From Clostridia bacterium (lineage in GTDB: Bacteria > Bacillota > Clostridia > Oscillospirales > Acutalibacteraceae), in the NCBI GenBank assembly GCA_017455295.1, contig JAFTBJ010000118.1, forward strand, positions 1 to 56,081: a stretch of 56,081 nucleotides of DNA. Reading direction: 5' to 3'. Made by a program: the position numbers and the translations under genes. Within the stretch, counting starts at the first letter, position 1. Every line of letters starts with the position of its first letter. Below, piece after piece: positions 44,446-52,429 of the stretch. The notes under the pieces were generated by a model. That model did not search any database. It was given only the letters and a program-made list of their open reading frames with translations, and was not told the DNA's origin.

Positions 44446-46638
44446 ATGACCGAAAAGCAGTATAAAGCATTTATCAGTTATCGCCATATAGAACCGGATA
44501 TGCAAGTGGCGGAGCGATTGCAAAAAATGATCGAAACCTATAAGCCTCCCAAAGAATTGGGGCTGACATTTGAAAATCGACGTGTGTTTCGAGATGTTTC
44601 CGAATTGCCGACGAGTGGAAATCTCGGTGATGATATTCGCACGGCTTTGGAGCATTCGGAGTTTTTGATCGCTATTTGCTCGCCGGAGTATCCCCGTTCA
44701 AAGTGGTGCATGGAAGAATTGCGCTATTTTTTGGAATTGCATGGCGGCCACAATGATCGTATTCTCACGTTGCTTGTTGATGGAAAACCGGAACAGTCGT
44801 TCCCTGAAGAATTGTGTTATTCCATAAAAGAAACGCTGAACGAAGCGGGAGAAACCGTTACGGTACACACGAAGATTGAGCCGCTCGCTGCTAATATTGT
44901 GATGCCAACAAAAAAAGAATCTTTGGCCAAATTAAAAACAGAGTTTTTGCGTCTGGCAGCACCGATGCTCGGATGCGGATTTGATGATTTGTATCGGCGA
45001 GAGAAGAAACGTGCGGCACAGCGGCGGCATCGGCGGCTTGGGTTGGCCTTTGCGGTGTTGGGTGTCATAGCGGCGATCAGCATCACTTCTGCAGTTACGA
45101 TCATGGGGAAAAACCGGGAGATCGAAACAAAGAATCAGACATTATCTATCGAAAATGCCCGCCATTTAGCGACCGAATCGGAAGCGCAATATGAAAAGAA
45201 GGAATTGATTTCTTCTATTCATTCCGCACTGGAAGCTTTGCCGCAGGATGGAGAAGATAAACCGGTTGTACCGGAAGCGGAATACGCGTTAGCTCGTGCG
45301 CTTGGCGCATTTGATTATCAACAAATGTCCCCCGTTCATCAGTTGGAACATAAAGCGACAGTTGAAGACATCACGTTTGCCGGAGAAGGACAGACGATTG
45401 TTTCACAAGATGCGACGGGAATTTATGTGTGGGACGCGCAGACGGGCCGTTTGCTCCATAAGTATACGGGACAGGACGAAGAATTTCGGTCGGATAGCGC
45501 CGTTTCCGAGGATTCTTTATCGCTTTGGTATGAACCGATATTGTCGATTCGGGAATCTTTGACCGGCAGCAACGGAAACGGCAAATTTCGTTTGTCACTG
45601 CATGCAGCGTTTGGCATTCTGCGCGTGGATCGCATGAAATCGACCGAACCGGAAATCAGTTTGCAAAAGCATCCGGTTTATCTTTACAATTCCGACAAAA
45701 TTGTTTGGCGATTGGATGAGAGTACGGGAGATATTTTGTGGAAAGCCGGGATATCGGATCAGGCATATGGGTATACGGATATTTTCTTTTTGAGTGACGG
45801 TATTGTTCGCATATACCATGAACGAGTCGAGCCTCCGGCCGGATATATAATATGGAACGGTGAAGGCGAACGTACTTTTGCAGAATGGGTAGATCCCGAA
45901 ACGGGCAAGGTGACAGAAACGGTGGATGTCACGCCGCTGGTCGGAAAGTCTAAGCTTTGGCCGCTTAACTTGGAAATTCAAACCTTTTCGGATAAAGAAA
46001 TTCGATGTTCGTATTATGACAGTTTCTTTGTGTGTCCGATAAAAGAGGGAGTGGTCATCCCTTCAAAGGAAACAGAGATTCTTTCACAAGATGTTTCGTT
46101 TTCGGATATGGAGAAATATGCCGATTGGTACGTTCTTGATCAGGCGCTTGTTCGCACTTGCCCGACGAATAGCCAGGCAACATTGATGGGATTATTTCAG
46201 CCGTATGAAATCGTACGTTTTGATGATAAGGGAACTACCGAATTGTGGAAAACAACCGTCAAGGATTTGATATATAGCCCTGACGCTATGGTGTATTTTT
46301 CAGCCGAAGATAGTGGCAATTATACGGACCTTTTGGCCATAATCGGTGACGAAAAGATAGCAGTGATTGATGCTCGCACAGGCGAAGTTATCCATGAATA
46401 TCTGTTTGATTATGAAATTGTCACATTCTATTATAGTCAAAACGGTATATTGTATGTTATCACCGGAAACGGGCAGGAGATAGCGTTGATCCTTTCTGGA
46501 ATAGAAAAAGGACAGAATTTCTATTTTGCTGATTTAACCGGTGAATTTGCGATGCCGGTTGCGGCGGGCGCATATTATGATCACCACTATGTTACGCCAA
46601 TAAAAATGATCATGTTGCATATATTCAAAAGATTGTAA
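44446..46638 (+). CDS. TIR domain / single TM helix / WD40- or PQQ-like beta-propeller protein (N-terminal part; probably continues in 46659-47816)
   Basis: GAGGA lies 8 nt before ATG 44446. The TIR blocks are KAFISYRH, VFRDVSELPTSGNL and FLIAICSPEYPRSKWCMEELRYF. The basic stretch RREKKRAAQRRHRR is followed by the TM helix LGLAFAVLGVIAAISITSAVTIM (45037-45105). Propeller-like repeats follow (IYVWDAQTGRLLHKY, IVWRLDESTGDILWKAG, IAVIDARTGEVIHEY). Confidence 0.85.
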   Translation: MTEKQYKAFISYRHIEPDMQVAERLQKMIETYKPPKELGLTFENRRVFRDVSELPTSGNLGDDIRTALEHSEFLIAICSPEYPRSKWCMEELRYFLELHGGHNDRILTLLVDGKPEQSFPEELCYSIKETLNEAGETVTVHTKIEPLAANIVMPTKKESLAKLKTEFLRLAAPMLGCGFDDLYRREKKRAAQRRHRRLGLAFAVLGVIAAISITSAVTIMGKNREIETKNQTLSIENARHLATESEAQYEKKELISSIHSALEALPQDGEDKPVVPEAEYALARALGAFDYQQMSPVHQLEHKATVEDITFAGEGQTIVSQDATGIYVWDAQTGRLLHKYTGQDEEFRSDSAVSEDSLSLWYEPILSIRESLTGSNGNGKFRLSLHAAFGILRVDRMKSTEPEISLQKHPVYLYNSDKIVWRLDESTGDILWKAGISDQAYGYTDIFFLSDGIVRIYHERVEPPAGYIIWNGEGERTFAEWVDPETGKVTETVDVTPLVGKSKLWPLNLEIQTFSDKEIRCSYYDSFFVCPIKEGVVIPSKETEILSQDVSFSDMEKYADWYVLDQALVRTCPTNSQATLMGLFQPYEIVRFDDKGTTELWKTTVKDLIYSPDAMVYFSAEDSGNYTDLLAIIGDEKIAVIDARTGEVIHEYLFDYEIVTFYYSQNGILYVITGNGQEIALILSGIEKGQNFYFADLTGEFAMPVAAGAYYDHHYVTPIKMIMLHIFKRL

Positions 46639-46658
46639 ACAATGCAGATTTTACGGTA

Positions 46659-47816
46659 TTGGATTATGGCGAGGGCCGTATCGAAGCGTTTAGCGATTCC
46701 GGGAGATATGCGTTGTGTGTGGATGAGAGCGACGAGGCCTTTGAAGCGGCAATTTATGATACTGTCACAAAGAAGCGACAAACAATCGAATCGCTGCAGG
46801 GAACGACGTTCGGCAATGCTGCATTTATTGGTGACGGCGCGGTCTTCATTCGCACGCAAACCGATTATGAACATCGTTGGGAAACCATGGTGCAGCTACC
46901 GTCCATGCAGTGTATTATGGTGGAGGACGATCGCTTGTCCGAAATTAGCACATATACGGCGTTCTTGTCCGGCAGCAGTGAATGTGCATACGTGGGAGAA
47001 ACCTCTGACACGCTGCTTTCTATTAACGCGCAAGGACAGGTGCAGGCCATTTCTACAGAGTTGGTCGATGAATACGGATATACCAAGTTGGATCGAACAT
47101 TGCAGAATATATCCACGGTTTCCCTATCACCGTCCGGACAATCGGTATTTGCGAGTATAAAAGATACGGAGACTTCTGAAATTCAAGCGCAGGTCTTGCA
47201 TTTTGAACATGATCTGACAACGACAGTGCTCGCTATATCGCCGGAAGACATGGAGAGTCTGTCCATTGTATCGGTATGCTGGATGTCGGAGGATACGGTG
47301 GCCTTATTGCTTTCAAACAGAACGGTGCGCGCCTTTTCTGCCGTCACCGGGGAAGAGATGTATCGTTTTATAATTGACGACGTGTTTCCGGCTGTGATTG
47401 GCGTGGTTGCTGTCGATGCGGATCATATGGCGATGCTGTGTTGCGATCAAATGCTATATGAGATGGATCAAAACGGCTATACCGGCCGTGCCGTCAAGCT
47501 TGAGCAGGAAGAAAACGCTTTTGACAAGGAAATACGCGGTGCTACCGGTGCAAATAGCTCGTATCTTTCTTCCTATAAAACAAGTCGCGATAACGAATTG
47601 TATATTGTGTGGGGCTCATCCGACAAAACCGCTTGGATCGTAGATTTGCAAGACTGGAAAATCCGATATCGCATCGAGCATTATATTCAGGCGTTACCGG
47701 ATGGGGATCGTGTCTTGATCGACGACTACAGCGCGGGGGTTATTGGTTGGTTCCCGGTTTACAGCACAAAGCAACTGGTCGATAAAGCGACAGCATATTT
47801 GTCGAGCTTTTCTTGA
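46659..47816 (+). CDS. beta-propeller-like repeat protein; most likely the frameshifted C-terminal continuation of the TIR gene
   Basis: There is no RBS and no ATG. The track start is a TTG, and the frame is open back to 46581, overlapping the end of the TIR ORF. The repeat style matches the upstream ORF (SDSGRYALCVDE, LSPSGQSVFASIKD, VRAFSAVTGEEMYRF, AWIVDLQDWKIRYRI). Confidence 0.6.
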   Translation: MDYGEGRIEAFSDSGRYALCVDESDEAFEAAIYDTVTKKRQTIESLQGTTFGNAAFIGDGAVFIRTQTDYEHRWETMVQLPSMQCIMVEDDRLSEISTYTAFLSGSSECAYVGETSDTLLSINAQGQVQAISTELVDEYGYTKLDRTLQNISTVSLSPSGQSVFASIKDTETSEIQAQVLHFEHDLTTTVLAISPEDMESLSIVSVCWMSEDTVALLLSNRTVRAFSAVTGEEMYRFIIDDVFPAVIGVVAVDADHMAMLCCDQMLYEMDQNGYTGRAVKLEQEENAFDKEIRGATGANSSYLSSYKTSRDNELYIVWGSSDKTAWIVDLQDWKIRYRIEHYIQALPDGDRVLIDDYSAGVIGWFPVYSTKQLVDKATAYLSSFS

Positions 47817-47832
47817 TTCTTGATCACAATAT

Positions 47833-47881
47833 CCATCATAAAATACGGCTGCCACAAAATGGCAGCCGTATTTTATGATGG
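47833..47881. terminator. bidirectional terminator, perfect 22-bp stem
   Basis: CCATCATAAAATACGGCTGCCA / TGGCAGCCGTATTTTATGATGG (47833-54 / 47860-81) with a CAAAA loop. It lies between convergent genes. Confidence 0.85.
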
Positions 47882-47886
47882 TATAT

Positions 47887-48642
47887 TTAAAACGAGAAAA
47901 AGCGAAGGATCTCATGGATCGCCGCGTCCATCTTCACCGGGTCGGAAAAGCGATGGTCGGCGCCGTCAAACGCCAGAAAGGGAATGCCGTTTCGTTCGGA
48001 AAAGGCCTTGTCGATGTCAAACGAAATGATCTCATCTTTGGTGCCGTGCAGGATCAGCAGTTTGTCCGCATACGGGACAAACGCGTCGCTGTGCGCGATA
48101 TCGTGATCGGACAATTCCTGCAAGGCCTCCGGAGACAGCTTGATCTTGCGATCAAATCCCGCGAGAACGTCTTTGCCGCGGTGCAGCTTTTGCCGATCGT
48201 CTTCGGACAGGATGACGGTGGTCAGAGATTCATAGATGTTGATCGCCGGGCAGCGCAGTGCGATTTTTTCAAAGACGCCAGGGGACTGCAGCATGTAATT
48301 CAGCAGCAAATACCCGCCGAAGCTGGTGCCGTAGGCGAACAGCTTCCTGGGTTGAAAACGCTGTTTGGCGTAAGCGGTGACGATGTCGAGATAGCGAAAG
48401 CATTCGTCGAGTCGCAGTGCTTTGCGGGCGTCCTGCCCGTGGCACGGCCAATCAAACGCGATGACGGCCACGGATTTATATTTGGAGAGCACACGATCGG
48501 CAAACCGCGCGATTGCGTGGCTGTCCTTGCTCCCGCCGAATCCGTGACAGCAAATAATCACGCGGTCGGCTGCTCGTTTGTCGGCAGCAAACAGCTTGCA
48601 GCGCACGCTGAATCCTGCTTCGTTGATATCAAAATAGGTCAT
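47887..48642 (-). CDS. alpha/beta hydrolase fold protein (esterase/peptidase S9-like)
   Basis: Carries VIICCHGFGGSKDS, the nucleophile elbow AYGTSFGGYLL, LILHGTKDEI and GADHRF (catalytic His region). ATG 48642 is preferred over the track start 48702. Confidence 0.8.
   Translation of the reverse strand: MTYFDINEAGFSVRCKLFAADKRAADRVIICCHGFGGSKDSHAIARFADRVLSKYKSVAVIAFDWPCHGQDARKALRLDECFRYLDIVTAYAKQRFQPRKLFAYGTSFGGYLLLNYMLQSPGVFEKIALRCPAINIYESLTTVILSEDDRQKLHRGKDVLAGFDRKIKLSPEALQELSDHDIAHSDAFVPYADKLLILHGTKDEIISFDIDKAFSERNGIPFLAFDGADHRFSDPVKMDAAIHEILRFFSF
47914..47940. repeat. 27-nt perfect direct repeat, right copy (partner 44263-44289)
   Basis: The sequence is identical to the left copy. It lies inside the 3' end of the intact hydrolase CDS. 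Confidence 0.9.
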
Positions 48643-48806
48643 GAGGTTCCCGCCTTTCTTTTCGGCTGATACCAGTATGCCACCGCTCCAAAGCTTTGTC
48701 AAGGTGGTCGGTTCTGCCTTGACAAGAAAACCGGAAAATGGTATACTTTTAATGGCGAAATATCAAAATTATTAGTTAATATGAACAAACACAAGGGGGA
48801 ATTTGT

Positions 48807-50849
48807 GTGAAAATGATGAAGTGTATCGGCGCTGTCGCGTGCACAATTGCGTTGATGCTGTCGGCTTTGACCCTGATGGGCGCGTCGGTATGGGCGCTTC
48901 CCGGCGGTGGACAGGCGGGAGATGCCAACAACGTGGCGTTTGGGTGCGATCTGTCATTCTGGAACGTGGGCGGCGGCAATCTCAATTATTCGCTTGTAGA
49001 CTTTGCCAAAATGAAAGCGGACGGCTGCGAATTTGCGATCATGCGTATCGGCGTGGAGCTCACCTCAGGCACCGATGGGATGGATCGCGCCTTTTTACAG
49101 ATGTATAAAAACGCGCGCGCGGCGGGCGTGAAGCTCGGCGTCTATTTCTACGCGCTCGCGAAAACGCACGACGAAGCGGTGCAGGACGCCCAGTGGGTGA
49201 TCGAGCAAATTGAAGAAAACGATCTCTATTTTGAGTATCCGATCTATTATGACGTCGAAGATCCCGGCAGCGACACCCGTCCAAGCCACTATTCGCTCAA
49301 TTCGGCGCAGATGACCGATCTCTGCCTCGGCTGGGCGGAGACGCTCGCGGCGGCGGGGTATATGCCCGGCGTGTATTCGACCTATGAAAATGTGATCAAG
49401 CTGCAAAGCAGTTATACCGACAACTATGAGGTCTGGTACGCGAAGGTAAAGTATAATCGTCATGTGAACGACGGCGAATCGCAGCTCAACCCTTTGACCG
49501 AGTCCCATAAAGATATGTGCGGCATGTGGCAGTATTCGTGGTATGACTATGAATACGACGGCATCGGCCTCGATATGCTCGACGTCGACGTGGCGTATAA
49601 AGATTATCCCGCGATCACCGCGACCTATGGCTATAACAATGTCCCGAAAGTGGTCGATGGGCCGGTACATCAGCTGGTCGGTGCCGGTAAGCTCGGCACG
49701 GTCAACAACGCGGCGTTCGGCTGCGACCTGTCGTCGTGGGATGTGGGCGGCGGCAGCGTGCTCGACTATTCGCTTCTGGACTTTGAAAAAATGAAGGCGG
49801 ACGGCTGTGAGTTTGCCATCCTGCGCATCGGTTACGAAGGCGCCGCGACCCGCAAAGACACGATGGATCCCTCCTTCCTGCAACTGTATCAAAACGCCCG
49901 CGCGGCGGGGCTGAAGCTCGGCCTTCACTTCTATTCGCTCGGCAAGAGCTATGTGGAAGCGCAGCGGGACGCTTTGTGGGTGATCGGCGTCATTGAAGGC
50001 AATAACCTTTCGTTTGAATACCCGCTCTATTACGATATGACCGATCCCGGCGACTCTGCTTCCGGCCGCGTTTCTCACGCCTCGCTTTCGGATGCGGCGC
50101 TGACGCAGACGGCGCTCGGCTGGGCGGAAACGCTGGAAGCGGCGGGCTATTTCCCCGGCGTCCATTCCTCGACGAACATTCTCTCGAAGCTGCAAAGCGG
50201 CTACACCGACTATTATGACGTTTGGTGCGCCGCCGTCAAATTCGATCGCCCGGCAGGCGAGGGCGAAGCGCAGTACGACCCGCAGACCAAGACGATGATG
50301 GACGTCGCCGGTATGTGGCAGTACGCGTGGTATGACTACAACTACGACGGCGTCGGCCGTGACACGCTCGACGTCGATGTGGCCTATAAAAACTATCCCG
50401 CTATTATGGCAGCAAACGGCTACAACAACGTGACGGTCGACCTCACGGCGCTGACCTCCGACACGGTCACCGTCGGCGACACCACGGTGTCAAATGTAGC
50501 GATCGGACAGACGGTCACGGAGCTTAAAGCGTCGTTCGATCAACCGTCGTCGATGATCGCGGTCTATGACAAAGACGGTAATGCGGCGGCGGATACCGAC
50601 ACGGTTAAAACCGGCATGATGGTGAAGCTTATCTTGGACGGCAACGTGGCGGCGACTTATACGCTTGCCGTGCTCGGCGACATCGGCGGCACCGGCGAAG
50701 TGAATTCCAAATCCATCCGCGACCTGCTGTGCACGCTGACCGGCGGCGGGGAACTGACCGCGCTGCAAACGCTTGCGGGCGATTTCACCGGCGACGGCGC
50801 GGTGACCACGGCGGACGTGCGCCGCATGCTCAGCCTGTTGGTTGGATAA
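48807..50849 (+). CDS. secreted protein with two tandem GH25 muramidase (lysozyme) domains and a C-terminal dockerin
   Basis: It has a signal peptide. GH25-like blocks occur twice: FGCDLSFWN...MKADGCEFAIMRIG...AGVKLGVYFY...YPIYYDVEDPG, then FGCDLSSWD...MKADGCEFAILRIG...AGLKLGLHFY...YPLYYDMTDPG. The C-terminal dockerin is GDIGGTGEVNSKSIRDLL...GDFTGDGAVTTADVRRML. The start is GTG 48807 or ATG 48813. Confidence 0.8.
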   Translation: MKMMKCIGAVACTIALMLSALTLMGASVWALPGGGQAGDANNVAFGCDLSFWNVGGGNLNYSLVDFAKMKADGCEFAIMRIGVELTSGTDGMDRAFLQMYKNARAAGVKLGVYFYALAKTHDEAVQDAQWVIEQIEENDLYFEYPIYYDVEDPGSDTRPSHYSLNSAQMTDLCLGWAETLAAAGYMPGVYSTYENVIKLQSSYTDNYEVWYAKVKYNRHVNDGESQLNPLTESHKDMCGMWQYSWYDYEYDGIGLDMLDVDVAYKDYPAITATYGYNNVPKVVDGPVHQLVGAGKLGTVNNAAFGCDLSSWDVGGGSVLDYSLLDFEKMKADGCEFAILRIGYEGAATRKDTMDPSFLQLYQNARAAGLKLGLHFYSLGKSYVEAQRDALWVIGVIEGNNLSFEYPLYYDMTDPGDSASGRVSHASLSDAALTQTALGWAETLEAAGYFPGVHSSTNILSKLQSGYTDYYDVWCAAVKFDRPAGEGEAQYDPQTKTMMDVAGMWQYAWYDYNYDGVGRDTLDVDVAYKNYPAIMAANGYNNVTVDLTALTSDTVTVGDTTVSNVAIGQTVTELKASFDQPSSMIAVYDKDGNAAADTDTVKTGMMVKLILDGNVAATYTLAVLGDIGGTGEVNSKSIRDLLCTLTGGGELTALQTLAGDFTGDGAVTTADVRRMLSLLVG

Positions 50850-50868
50850 ACAAAAGAAGAGGATTAGC

Positions 50869-52392
50869 ATGATGATCAAACGTATAACAGCCATCGTGAT
50901 GGCGCTGCTCCTTTTGATGACGATGTCGATGACAGCGACGGCGGAAGCGGTGATCCCGCGCGCCGTCGTCATCCAGTGGCAGGATGAATGGAAAAATTAC
51001 TATTACGGCGGCCAGAATCTGTATGACACCGGCTGCGGTGTCTTTTCAACCGTCAACGCGGTCGGCTATCTCACCGGCAACGAGATGAGTGTGGTGGAAG
51101 TCGCCGACTGGGCGTATGAAGTGCGGGCGCTCAACTATTATGCCGGCGGCACCGATCTCAGCATCTTCTTCCCGAAGCTGCAAGGACGGTTTGGAGAAGA
51201 ATATGGCTTTACGGTGGCGGACGGCGTGTGGCAAGGCGTTTCGTCCACCACCTTGAAAAACCATCTGAAAAACGGCGGCGTCGCCGTGGCGCGTGTGCCG
51301 GGACATTATATCGCGCTGGTGGGGTATGAGTCCTCAACCGGCTATTTCCATGTGTACGACAGCGCGCCGAGCAGCGCCCGCGGTACCGGAAACGGGGATG
51401 CGTGGGTGAGCGAGTCGTGGCTGACGACCAGCGCCAAACTCAAGGTGGACTGGTATTGCATGCTGACCCGCACCGGCACGGTGATCAACCGTCCCTATGG
51501 CGGCACCTCGCAAACCGGTACCATCGCCGATAAATGCGGGACCTATCGTGTCGCGACCGAAACGCTCAACGTGCGCTACGGCCCGAGCACGGATTATACC
51601 GCATTCACAACCGTTCATTCAGGCGATCTGCTCAACGTGACCGAGCTCGCCTCCAATGGTTGGGGCAAATTCAAGACGTCTTCCGGTGTGGATGGCTGGT
51701 CAAACGTGAGCTACTACGGCGCCTATATCGGCGTGGATGCGCTGGCTTGCGATGTGGTCGTCACCTCCGGCGCTATTACCTATACGTATTATGGTGACGG
51801 CAGCATGGTGCTGACCAATAACGGATCGACGGCGGCTTCGGCGGAGCTGATTTTGCCGCAGGGGATCGGCACACTCACAACGCCCTATTTCGGCATCCAT
51901 ACAGCACCGCTCTATGGCAACGGCTACGGCTTCGGCTTCAAAAACAGCGGCAGCGGCTACACGATGATGCGGGATTGCTATTCGGGCGATCAACTGGTTG
52001 AGGAAACCAGCGCACCCTATATGAAAACCGCCGAGAAAATGGAGATCGATCTGTCCGATTGGTGGAAACCGGCATCTGGCGACAAGATCGACCGTGTGCG
52101 CATCGATCTCGCGGCTTCGTCGTCGCTCAAAATCAACTATCTCTATTTCGCCGCGGAGTCCGGCGTCGTGACCGACACAAGCTATAACCTTCCCCGCACA
52201 GCGACGGCGCAAAGAGGCGACGTGACCGGGGACGGCGTCGTGAGCACCAGCGACGCGCGGGCGATCATCGCGCATCTTTCCGGCGGCAAAACGCTTGTGC
52301 AACCGGCGCTGCTCGCGGCGGACTACAACGGCGACAACGAGGTGACCACCACCGATGTGCGCCTCTTGCTCAAAGATGTAGCGGCGGTGTGA
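50869..52392 (+). CDS. secreted papain-fold (peptidase C39-like) / SH3b / unknown domain / dockerin protein, paralog 1
   Basis: It has a signal peptide. The Cys block is LYDTGCGVFSTVNAVGYL. The His block is VPGHYIALVGYESSTGYFHVYDS. The SH3b-like part is GTYRVATETLNVRYGPSTDYTAFTTVHSGDLLNVTELASNGWGKF. The C-terminal dockerin is GDVTGDGVVSTSDARAII...ADYNGDNEVTTTDVRLLL. Confidence 0.7.
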   Translation: MMIKRITAIVMALLLLMTMSMTATAEAVIPRAVVIQWQDEWKNYYYGGQNLYDTGCGVFSTVNAVGYLTGNEMSVVEVADWAYEVRALNYYAGGTDLSIFFPKLQGRFGEEYGFTVADGVWQGVSSTTLKNHLKNGGVAVARVPGHYIALVGYESSTGYFHVYDSAPSSARGTGNGDAWVSESWLTTSAKLKVDWYCMLTRTGTVINRPYGGTSQTGTIADKCGTYRVATETLNVRYGPSTDYTAFTTVHSGDLLNVTELASNGWGKFKTSSGVDGWSNVSYYGAYIGVDALACDVVVTSGAITYTYYGDGSMVLTNNGSTAASAELILPQGIGTLTTPYFGIHTAPLYGNGYGFGFKNSGSGYTMMRDCYSGDQLVEETSAPYMKTAEKMEIDLSDWWKPASGDKIDRVRIDLAASSSLKINYLYFAAESGVVTDTSYNLPRTATAQRGDVTGDGVVSTSDARAIIAHLSGGKTLVQPALLAADYNGDNEVTTTDVRLLLKDVAAV

Positions 52393-52429
52393 CCCGATCG
52401 TCTATAAAACGGAAAGGTGGAATCCCACT

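Larger units (their letters stand above)
44341..47886. other. lower-G+C accessory island carrying the TIR / beta-propeller gene(s)
   Basis: Composition is visibly lower (mid-40s % by eye) than the aquaporin and hydrolase genes on either side. It is bounded by the hydrolase 3' fragment and the intact hydrolase 3' end. No recombinase is present. Confidence 0.6.

Noticed and set aside
44261-44470. 69-aa minus-strand ORF upstream of the TIR gene.
   Set aside because: Its C-terminal part is simply the frame-shifted reading of the hydrolase 3' remnant (..ADHRFFRSGEDGRGDP*). Its body overlaps the TIR promoter and start. It was treated as a pseudogene fragment, not a gene.
44446-47816. Classification of the TIR gene as a Thoeris (ThsB) or CBASS/Pycsar effector.
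   Set aside because: No ThsA-like (SIR2/Macro/SLOG), cyclase, SAVED or other partner gene lies within the island or its flanks. The protein is membrane-spanning with a huge ectodomain, unlike those families.
41036-47886. Prophage, ICE or transposon explanation for the two islands.
   Set aside because: No integrase, transposase, relaxase, phage structural genes or terminal inverted repeats were seen. Only the hydrolase 3' duplication hints at a recombination mechanism.
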